Shown here piece after piece: positions 52,724 through 64,000 of a stretch of DNA of 64,000 nucleotides; position 1 is the stretch's first letter; the number at the start of each line of letters is the position of its first letter. The translations under genes were made by a program, and so were the position numbers. Location: NCBI GenBank assembly GCA_951406725.2, contig OX597814.1, forward strand, positions 108,438,001 through 108,502,000. Reading direction: 5' to 3'. The notes under the pieces were generated by a model, which saw only the letters and a list, made by a program, of their open reading frames with translations, ran no database searches and was not told the origin of the DNA. Source of the DNA: Octopus vulgaris. Taxonomy: Eukaryota.

Positions 52724-54079
52724 TTGCCGCTACCGGCCCAGCGACAAATTGGAAGCGTATTTAACTATGAACGAAGAAGCATGACGTCTCTCTATTTTAC
52801 TATTTTAAAATACTGTAGACCTTGAATTACGAATCGATGTGTATAAACGGAGGTAAATCTATCTTAAAGTTATGCATATTATTTCATAAAATATGGAGTA
52901 TATTATTGAAGATCGTAGTGTCTACTTCTTTAAATTAACTTAATTTTTTAAAATTTGATTTATTTAGTTAGTACATTGAACGTGAAACTAGTTTTGTATT
53001 AACCACGCTGACCTTAAAATAGGCTTCAGTTATCTCGCTCGCCTTACGTCATTTTCGTACCAAGGATAAGCCTTGTTTTATTTAAAAACTATGGCCATTT
53101 GACACGCATGGAGTTGGGTTTTTTAACTGCTCTTCAACCCCTCTCTATATCTTTATATATCAATGGAACAAAAACGCAATAGAGGACAATAAAACATCCA
53201 GTCAGATAGAGGATACAAAGGCGCACAGGAAAAGCAACAAATAGAGGGACGGGGAAAAAATAAAGACGGATCATTCGTGGCCTTCTCTCCTCTATCAAGT
53301 TTCCAGATTGTCCTTACAGTTTTAGGCAGTTACACATGAGACTGTTCAAATATGGTTGTCCCCACAAAAGTCTAATCTAAGAGCATTAGATTTTTTTGTG
53401 AGAAAGCAAGCGAATGTATACGACAACAAAGATAAAAAAAACGGAGAACATGTTACACAATTACAAATACAAACAACAAAAAATAACAACAGGTGTATTT
53501 CGACCGAGGACGAATCAAATTGAGCTGGCGTGTATAGAGTGAAAACCTTGAGGCAGGAACATAGGAAATGGATATAAGAGGTGTTGGCGGTTGGCAGTCA
53601 AGCCAAAACAGAAAGATCATGCCTGGCCGAGCACCGGTCACGTGGAAGGAGAAGAGAGCAGTAGGGGGCAGAGGGATTTAAGGATTAGGGGAAGAACGAG
53701 AAAGAGAGAAAATCAAAGGGACAAAGAGAAAGGTACAAGGGAGATAAATGAGGAGGAAAATTAAGAATCAAAGAAAGAGAGGGCCTAGAAATGTGAGAAA
53801 GCGGGAGCGAGAAAAAGAAAAGAGGAAAGAAGGAAGAAAGTATGAGGGGAGCTAAAAGAGAGTAAAAAGAATCGTATAAAATTTAGATACAAAACAAGGT
53901 GAGCAAAAGTGTACGTACGCCACTATATATATATATCACTGAGATGCAGCACGAAGTTTTGTCAGTGAAGAGGTCGCGGTTTCAAATCGACGAAAATATT
54001 TTGACATAAATGTTGAAATGAATCTAAAGTACTGTTGCTGAACATCTCTTGGTTGAGATTTAAAAATAGTAATTTTCTA

Positions 54080-54400
54080 ATAATTATTTATCAATTATAA
54101 AATAGGACATCATCTCTGACAGCTGTTTCGATTCAAGACTTTTAGAAATTAATTAGTAAAATTAAAAACATTTTATAGCTGAATCTCATCGAAGATGGCT
54201 AAAGATATATTATTAGATTCAACAGTTTGGAGCCTTACACTCGACACACTGGAATATGAAAATCTAATGGTATACCTTTAGCCACCTTCGAGGAGACTCA
54301 GCTTTAAAATGTTTTTAATTATACTCATTAATTTCTAAAAGTCTTGAATCGAAGCAGCTGTCAGAGATGATGTCCTATTTTATAACTGATGAATAATTAT
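54080..54400. repeat. Inverted pair of ~130-bp arms, each with a degenerate long-stem-II hammerhead motif (family G)
   Basis: Minus arm: catct-TCGATGA-GATTCA...TGAATC-GAA-ACAGCTGT-C-agagatg. Confidence 0.7.
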
Positions 54401-54429
54401 TAATTTAATTATCTATTTTCTTATTTTCT

Positions 54430-54870
<441 letters not shown>

Positions 54871-55051
54871 ACACACATCGCCACACACATACAACACACA
54901 CCACATACACTCACACACACACACTACACACACACAACACACACCACACACACTACACACACACAACACACACCACACCCACCACATAACTCACGCACAC
55001 ACTACACATACACACACACACCACGCCACACATACATACACACGCACACAG

Positions 55052-55097
<46 letters not shown>

Positions 55098-55351
55098 ACA
55101 ACATACCACACACACGCACACACACACCACACACACACACACACGCACACATAAGGTTTCGTTTCCAGGACTTTACAAGCTTCTGCATTTTGTATGGCAA
55201 ATTCACGAGAATATTCATCATTTGTTGGATAAATGTACGAGGGAAATAAAATATTACAAATCAGCGAAGTTGTTATAATATAATTCCTTATTCTAATGGA
55301 ATAGACATACAGATGGGCAAACAGATAGCTAGATAAACGGACATAGAGATG

Positions 55352-55490
<139 letters not shown>

Positions 55491-55707
55491 TAACCAATGT
55501 AACTTCTGACGAACAAAAAGGAGAGACTGGAATGCCCTTTACTGTGGTCCTATTTGATTAGGGCTTGTCTGGGGTCAAAATAAAAAAATTTGTTTGAACC
55601 AATAACGAAGACCTTTGCTCAATGGTTTGACGTGCCTGAAATAGCTGAATTGCTTTCAAGTCGCATCTATTGTCTTAAATTATGGAAGAACACATTATAA
55701 AATGTGG

Positions 55708-55761
<54 letters not shown>

Positions 55762-56394
55762 CTGTGGATATTCTCGTGAATTTACCATACAAAGTGCAGA
55801 AGCTTGTAAAATCAAGGGAACGAAATCTTATGTGCGCATGTGTGCATGTGTGTGTGAGTGTTCGTGCGCGCGCGCACGTGCATGTGTACGTGAGTGTGTG
55901 TGTGTGGTGATTGCCCCATTTTCACAGATGATTGCCATCTCCTTGTGTTCCCTCGTTGTCAATAGATTTTCTGACTTTCCGACCATGACACCCTCCGATG
56001 ACAATTCAATCTCGCTGCAGATTTGTATAGTCTGGGACACAGATGAAAAACGAAGGTTGGAACTTTCTCGATTGATCGGATCACTGCGACATAAGGAGTT
56101 CTTTGATAAGTTTAAAAGGTTTTCCATCTGAAGTCGAACCTTCTCATGCTCATCGCCATTCTGTCATCGCCATAGAAATTTGAGAAGCTAGAAAGGTGCA
56201 AGTTGTGTAAGAAGTTTGTTTTCCAACCGTATGCTTCCGAGTTCAGTCCTGCTGAACTCATGGCACTTTGGGCAAGTTTTTTCTCCTATATACTCGGCCC
56301 GATCAATACCCTCTGAGTGGATTCAGGCGACGAAAACTGAAAGAAGCCCGACGTATATGACGTTATGCCTCCATTCATCTTCCTACACAATCTC

Positions 56395-56905
56395 AGATCA
56401 ACATGGAGGCCTACATCAGCTGCCTGGAGGAGGTAGTGCTGTCTTGGGTCAAGAGGGTGACTGCTGGAAGACCCTGTGTTTGGCAACACCATGCCACACA
56501 AGCAGGAGAACCCAGTCATGGCTGTCAGACAATTTTTGCGACCACATCAACCCTAACATCTGGCCACCTAACTCCCCAGACTGCAACCCCCTTGATTATT
56601 ATGTGTAGGGTGCAGTTGAGTGAGAGACCAACAAAACTCCTTGAAACACCAAAGATGAACTGAAGTAAAGAATTATGGCAGCATTCACCAACTTAAACAA
56701 GGAGACCGTCCAAAAGAGTTGCAGGAAATTCCGAAGTCGTCTGGAGGCCGTGGTTAAACCAATGGCGATTTTATTGAAAATATTTACTCTAGTATTTCAA
56801 GATATTTTTTATGTAATTTTGGTAAAAATATCTGTTAAAATGAGATGTCTGTGTTATTTTCATTTTTGCGTAATTTAGACGACAGTTTATTCACTGCACT
56901 CTGTA
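56395..56905 (+). mobile_element. Tc1/mariner-superfamily transposase 3' fragment with right end, nested in a SINE
   Basis: PCHTSRRTQSWLSDNFCDHINPNIWPPNSPDCNPLDYYV* and FRSRLEAVV; ends ...GCACTCTG-TA. Confidence 0.85.
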
Positions 56906-57250
56906 TATCTGTGTCTTTGTGTCTATGTTTGTTCCCCAACCGGTGATGGTATGTTTACGTGCTTGTAACTTAGTGGTTCGACAAAAGTGAACAATAGAAT
57001 AAGTACCAGGTTGTTTCAAAATTCAGTACTGGGGGTCGATTCATTCGACTAAAAATCTTTCAAGACGGTGCTATAGCAAGACCGCAGTCAAATGACTGAA
57101 ACAAGTAAAAGATAAAAGATATAGATGGAATGATAAAGAGACTTTTGTGACGTCATTGGATGACAGTTATAACCACTGGTACAGCACTCCGAGCCTCTGG
57201 GATTTGTAACTAGAAACAGGCCGAAGCGAAACGACTAGAAATAAGGAGAA

Positions 57251-57485
57251 AAGGCGGCGAGCTGGCAGAATCGTTAGCACGCCGGGCGAAATGCTTAGCG
57301 GTATTTCGTCTGCTGTTACGTTCTGAGTTCAAATTCCGCCGAGGTCGACTTTGCCTTTCATCCTTTAGGGGTCGATAAATTAAGTACCAGTTATGCACTG
57401 GGGTCGATGTATTCGACTTAATCCCTTTGTCTGTCCTTGTTTGTCCTCTCTATGTTTAGCTCCTTGTGGGCAATAAAGAAATAAA
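57251..57485 (+). mobile_element. SINE family 2, full length (Meta-domain-like core)
   Basis: GAGCTGGCAGAATCG A-box-like, GAGTTCAAATTCC B box, GCCTTTCATCCTT..GGGGTCGATAAA..AGTACCAG core. Confidence 0.9.
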
Positions 57486-57764
57486 TAATGAGAAGTCGCA
57501 GCTTTTACATCTGAGAGTTCTTCTCCCAAAGCAGATGCTGTGACAGATGCCGTGACAGATGCTGGTTTTACAGCTATTGCATGGCCGTTGATTAAACAGA
57601 TTTTATCCGAAGTTTGACAAGTCTTGTTCTGCAGATTGTCCAACAAAATCCCTTCTCCTTGCCGAGCAGGGTTGGTAGGGTTACCTGTTTAGTCGACAAC
57701 TGCCTGACCACGCGACAGGTTGTATTGGTTACATGTCACCCAGTAGCATTATTGTGTGTGTGTG

Positions 57765-58172
57765 TGTGTGGTAAGAAGTTTGCTTCCCAACCACATGGCT
57801 CCGGGTTCAGTTCCACAACATGACACCTTGGACAAGTATCTTCTACTCTCGCTTCCGGCCGACCAAAGCCTTGTGAGTGGATTTGGTCGACGGAAACTGA
57901 AAGAAACCCGTCGTATATATATGTATGTATGTGTGTATGTGTATTTTTGTTTTTCTATTTGCCCCCCCCCCCCTCACCACTTGAGGACCACTGTTGGTGC
58001 GTTTTCGTCCCTGTAACTTAGTGGCTCGATAGAAAAGACCAATAGAATAAGTACAAGGCTTAAAAAAATAAGTCCTGGGGTTGATTTGTTTGACTAAACC
58101 CCTTTAAGGCGGTGCTCCAGCATGGCTGCAATTAAATGACTTAAACTAGTAAAAGAATAAAAGAATAAAAGG
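57765..58172 (+). mobile_element. SINE family 1
   Basis: Head from TGTGGTAAG to tail AAAAGAATAAAAG. Confidence 0.85.
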
Positions 58173-58295
58173 ATATCTATTAATGCTTGTTTTCGTGTTA
58201 TGATAAAACCAGTTTTACATTAAATCGACGTATTATTCAATACATTTGAAAGAGCACAAATTTACAGTCCGATTATGCCTTAACTGGCTTAAGTG

Positions 58296-58675
58296 AAGGC
58301 GCAGTGGCCCAGTGGTTAGGGCAGCGGTCTCGAGGTCGTAGGATTGCAGTTTCGATTCCCAGACCGGGTGTTGTGAGTGTTTATTGAGCGAAAACACCTA
58401 AAGCTCCACGAGTTTCGGCAGGGGGTGTGGCAAACCCTGCTGTACTCTTTCACCACAACTTTCTCTCACTCTTTCTTCCTGTTTCTGCTGTACCTGTATT
58501 TCAAAGGAGCCAGCCTTGCCACACTCTGTGTCACGTTGAATCTCCCCGAGAACTACGTTAAGGGTACACGTGTCTGTGGAGTACTCAGCCACTTGCACGT
58601 TAATTTCACGAGCAAGCTGTTCCGTTGATCAGATCAACTGGAACCCTCGTCGTCGTAATCGACGGTATGCCACGC
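58296..58675 (+). mobile_element. SINE family 3, full length
   Basis: AGGCGCAGTGGCCCAGTGGTTAGG...GTTTCGATTCCC tRNA-like head. Confidence 0.9.
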
Positions 58676-58753
58676 AACTGGCCTAAACTTTGAAGTCACA
58701 GTCAATACTATTCTTGGTAAAGTATAACACGCACACACACACAAACACACACA

Positions 58754-58812
<59 letters not shown>

Positions 58813-59056
58813 CTGGTTCTAAAGACAAGGCCTAGTCTTTAAAATATGGTCCCAGCTATGCTAATGATGTGTTTTCACCAAAAGAGATCCTCGGTAATAA
58901 TGAGGCCCAGCATTTAAGAAGACCCTTGAGACTGTAACCGAGGAGCGTTGGTGGCTTGTGGGAGGCGCGGAGCGGTGGTGTTTCGGACATGGAAACAGCA
59001 CTGCATAGTGGGTAGAAGGTTGGTATTCGTTGAGGGTCTGAGGTATTTCCTGGCTG

Positions 59057-59592
<536 letters not shown>

Positions 59593-59859
59593 GTCAGCCT
59601 TTTTATGCAGTGTTTGTTATACTTGAGGATGACTGTTGGCCAGAAGGGGTCATCAGTGATGTCGTATGGTTAATTTAATTTGGCAGAAATTTCCCATTTT
59701 TTCAAGAAAGAGTTCCCCACGATAAGTCAGACATCTTGTTCTTCCGATTAACTAACTTGATAACTCATTTTTTGTGAAATTTTGTATATTTTTGTAAGTA
59801 AATTTCTCAACGGTTTCCGGTCTTATTGAACAAGTTCTAAAATAAGCACAATGACAATG

Positions 59860-60221
59860 ATGGCGCTTTCAGGACAGACAAATTGCTTCAAGGACACACT
59901 CAAAGCCCTACTGAAGAGCTATGAGATCAACCGCGATATAGGAGAGACGCAAGCGCAAGACCGCCCTGCCTAGCATAGCTGCACCAACAAAGGTGTTACC
60001 CCCTACGAATATAACAGGGTTGCAAGGCCACAAAGAAAGCATGAACTACGGAAATCCAGAGCCGACTGCTTGTCTTCTGTCCCAACACACCACCTCTGCG
60101 TCACCCAACTTGCGACAGGGACATCTGAACTCGCACCGGACTGATTAGCCACTTCCAGAACACACCGTGCGCTGTCTTCTGCCATGTGATATCATTGGTC
60201 ATTGTCGACTACGACGGGAGA

Positions 60222-60280
<59 letters not shown>

Positions 60281-60281
60281 A
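59860..60281 (+). mobile_element. RTE-clade LINE 3' fragment with (ACT)n tail
   Basis: FKDTLKALLKSYEIN...ETQAQDRPA*...NKGV..YE and RTGLISH motifs; short-repeat tail typical of RTE. Confidence 0.8.
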
Positions 60282-60339
60282 TTGTTATTCCAAAAAGTTG
60301 GAACTGTTTGTGATGTAACTCTTTGGAATAACAATGTTT

Positions 60340-60431
60340 GCGGCTGAAGAGAGCTTTAAACCATCTTTTATATCAATTATACACTGATGTAAGAACAGGT
60401 TGTTTATAAAGCTTGAAACTCGTTTACAGCG
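60340..60431 (+). ncRNA. Degenerate hammerhead-like motif with long stem II
   Basis: CTGAAGA-GAGCTTTA...TAAAGCTT-GAAA; stems I and III imperfect. Confidence 0.4.
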
Positions 60432-60462
60432 ATATCATTTGTGTTCTGTTTTTGATTTTATT

Positions 60463-60538
<76 letters not shown>

Positions 60539-60969
60539 AATGATAAGAAGAAGAAGAAGAAGAAGACAAAGAAAATTCTTTAATACATCGTTAATGATTC
60601 GTTACAATTGTTTCTGTAGCAACTCTATTTGCAACGCCAGTTTACGCAAGGTGGAATTTTGCGTAATGTTTACGATTTTAGACATTAGAAAGACACTTCA
60701 TAAGACTTGCATCAAAGGTGTGCCATCACATTGTAGATCTTTCAGACCTTGTTTTTTCTTTCTTTTTAGCCATAGACCCATGATCATTTTCAAAAACTTT
60801 TCGTCTGCCTCGACACAATCAAGTCAGCCATAAATACAGGAAAGGAGCAAGAACATTGTAACTTAGTGTGGAAACGCGACATGTTTCAAGGTCAATCTGT
60901 ACCAAGCGGCTTCACTCGGCTATAGCTCCGTCACTATAGCAACAGTCCTGATACTTTTTGACCAAACCT

Positions 60970-61008
<39 letters not shown>

Positions 61009-61010
<2 letters not shown>

Positions 61011-62042
61011 TAGCAGAGATACCCGGCGTTGCCGGTTACATTCAATTGAAGAATTAAACTTTTCTGTTATATTTTCTGAATGAACTGGAATATCTATGTT
61101 TCGAATTTCATCAAAATTGCAGATGAGGGTTATTTCCCTCTTTACACACCCTAAAAAAATTATAATCGTGCCACATGGAAACCAAAAGACGAATGATCAC
61201 TATAAGCAGTCAGTTACCCTACCCTAGTCGTTACCACTCCCAATGTAGGATTCCTCACCATCCAGGTGACAGGCACAGCCGTAAGATGCATTACGAATCT
61301 ATAGCAATTGGAAGGGCGTGACCCAACTAAAATCAACATTAACAACTGTGTGACGTGAGGGCTTAGGAGAAATTAAAGTGTCACCTCTGGAGTTTGCAAA
61401 TGACCATTATACTGATACGTAACTGGACTGAATCAGTTTAAAATCTATAAATGTCACTCATCTGGGAAGGCCTTGTAAACAATGTTGCCATCTGGGGACT
61501 ATGTGTGACCGAGTGATAATAAAAAGACTGAAAGGAGGTCTGCAATCAAATAACTTTACTCAACACTTTGCAACTGAATCAGTGGAGACAAAGATGCCTC
61601 TCATTTACTTAACAATTTATGCACCACATTGCAGAAATCACAATGTAAGTGTATGTCAAAGCAAACTGTTACACTGTTGTACCATTGAATTAGAAATAAT
61701 GCCCAACTTTTATGCTCGGGTAACCCTACAGCTTCCAAGAGTACAACTGTATTCGTTTTTACTTAGATAAAATGACAAAATTGTGGGTGTTAAGTCCCCA
61801 TGGAGGGGTCTTTCTAACTTTGTAAGAAGATGAAATTTTATAAATATTACTTCATTTGTGTCTAATATCTATGGTTAAAATTTCATCAACAGCAAAAATA
61901 TATGAATTGTCATGGGGGTTATGGCCCTTATGCTTAGAATATAATTTCCAAATTTCATAAAAATCTATTCAGTACTTTTGACCTAGTTTTGGATCATAAA
62001 AGAAATGACTAAAATTTGGGAGTTAAGGCTCCCATTAGGGTG
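61009..62042 (-). mobile_element. Probable non-autonomous Helitron (3' end clear, 5' extent uncertain)
   Basis: Reverse complement CCGGCAACGCCGGGTATCTCTG-CTAG-T at 61009-61035. Confidence 0.5.
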
Positions 62043-62101
<59 letters not shown>

Positions 62102-62364
62102 ACGATAAATGATAGATACAACTGAGTGGGCAAACAAAAATATGAGACACAGCCTAGTGCTTTTGTATGTTGATAAGCCTAGTACTTATTCTATTAGTTT
62201 GTTCTTGTGAAACCAGTAAGTTTTGTGGATCTAAATAAATGAACAGTAATTGTGAAGCAGTGATGAGGGCGAAACACAGACACAAAGACACACACATACA
62301 CTTACATATATGCATATATATACGATTGATTTGTTTCAGTTCCTGTCTACGAAATCCATATATA

Positions 62365-64000
62365 TTGTTGTTTGCATCCTTTTTGTCTCGGGAGACAATG
62401 GAGTTGCGCATAAAATAATCTAGTCCGGCTTTTACATTTCATGTCCTAATACATCTCCTGTATGTGGTTGTGTAGTCCTATCCTGGACAAACACTCTGCT
62501 GTGGTTGTGTAGTCCTATCCTGGACAAACACTCCCTCTGGCAGGTGCCGCAAATGTAGCGAAGACTTTGCCTGGCTGGTTGTAATGTCATACTTTCTAGT
62601 TGACGTCTTTTCTTGTCTTCCCATTTTTCCTCTCCCTCTATGTTACTCCTTTGTGTTCCCTCTTTTACGGTACGTCGCCAATCTCCACGGTTGCTGGCAA
62701 CTGCTTCCCAGTTAGTAATATTGATGTTGCAGGCATTCATGTCACCTTTGTAAACATCCTTATATCGTAAGAACGGTCTTCCCACAGACCTAGCGCCCCT
62801 AGCAAGCTCTCCGTAGAGTATGTCCTTGGGGATTCTGCCATCTTCCATACGGCTAACATGTTGAAGCCATCTCATACGTCTTTGTGTGAGGAGTGTAAAC
62901 ATGCTTGGTATTCCTGCTTGCTTGAGGACATCTTTGTTGGGGACATTATTCTGCCATTTGATGCGAAGGATTTTCTGGAGGCAGCGCAGGTGAAAGATAT
63001 TTAGGCGACGTATGGCGTCGTATGGCGTCGTATGGCGTGTGTATGGCGTCCAAGTCTCACTTCCATACAGTAGAGTGCTAAGTACACATGCCTGGTAAAT
63101 CTTCATTTTTGTGATCTTGGTCAGCTTATTGTTGTCCTATGCCCGTTTGGAGAGTTGGGCCATCACAGCAGCTGCCTTGCCAATGCGTATATTGAGCTCA
63201 GTATCAAGGGATAGGTTGTAGGTGACGGTAGAGCCAAGATAGGTAAACTTCTCCACCTCCTGTAGTTTGTGGTCTCCAATATGTTTGTTTGGGATAGTCG
63301 ATGTAGCCTGACCCATGATGTTGGTCTTCTTGAGGCTGATAAATGAGCCAAAGTTGCCACATGCTTGCTCAAAACTGTTGATGAGCCTTTGTAGGGCTTC
63401 TTCTGTGTGTGATACCAGAGCGGCATCATCAGCAAATAGTATCTCCTTGATCAGGACGCTTCTGATTTTGGTCTTGGCACGCAAACGCGAGAGATTGAAC
63501 AGTTTCCCATCACTTCTACTGTGCAGAAACAATCCATCATCTGATGTCACAAAGGCATGTGACAGCAGCAGCGAGAAGATGCCAAATAATGTAGGAGCAA
63601 GGACACAACCTTGCTTTACCCCATTTTTTATTTGGAAGGCGGCTGATGTTGAACCATTGTGCTGTATGGTGCCTTGCACATCATCATGGAAAAATGTGAT
63701 GATCCTCAGCAGCTTTGGTAGACATCCGATCTTTTGGCCTTTGTCAGATCAATGAAGACCATATATAATGGCATTTTCTGCTCTCTGGACTTCTCCTGAA
63801 GTTGGCGTATGGAGAATATCATATCAATAGTTGATCTGCTTCTTCTAAAGCTACACTGCGATTCTGGATAAATTCGAGAAGCAAGCAGTTGCAGCCTGGA
63901 CAGGATAATGCGAGCAGAGGCCTTTCAAACTGTGCTTAGAAGAGATATTCCACGGTAATTGTTACAATCACCACGGTCGCCTTTGTTTTTGTAAAGCGTA
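62365..64000 (-). mobile_element. RTE-clade (BovB-like) LINE, RT region to 3' end, frameshifted; runs off the window
   Basis: DCNNYRGISLLS, GVKQGCVLAPTLF, LFADDAAL, FTYLGS, LLYGSETW, RIPKDILYGEL, C..C.R.CLSRIGLHNHSR. Confidence 0.95.

Noticed and set aside
55828-56131. Coding exon suggested by overlapping ORFs on both strands
   Set aside because: No recognisable protein motif and no consistent pair of splice sites
62432-63679. Intact, active RTE reverse transcriptase gene
   Set aside because: Broken by stops and frameshifts, a 10-bp tandem expansion at 63011-63050 and a ~37-bp duplication near 62463-62533

Overview
Repeat-dense, AT-rich animal genomic DNA. The SINE families and extreme (TA)n/(CA)n/(AAT)n content suggest an octopus or other cephalopod (inference). 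No host protein-coding exon can be confidently called, and nearly all ORF-track entries are translations of microsatellites. The window holds three tRNA-type SINE families, decayed non-LTR retrotransposons (R4/Dong-like RLE elements in (TAA)n tracts, Tx1/L1 3' ends, RTE, CR1), Tc1/mariner remnants, non-autonomous Helitrons (one with 23-aa STPR-like repeats) and several MITEs/foldbacks. Two things stand out. (1) About 15-18 minimal type I hammerhead-ribozyme motifs lie in short non-coding Penelope-like repeats from several families; two families carry U at the normally invariant A6 core position, and three have very long stem II inserts. (2) A 2.06-kb retrotransposed insertion with a 15-bp TSD encodes only a gag/ORF1-like protein and no RT (HAL1-like). 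All family assignments come from motif recognition by eye, not database searches.
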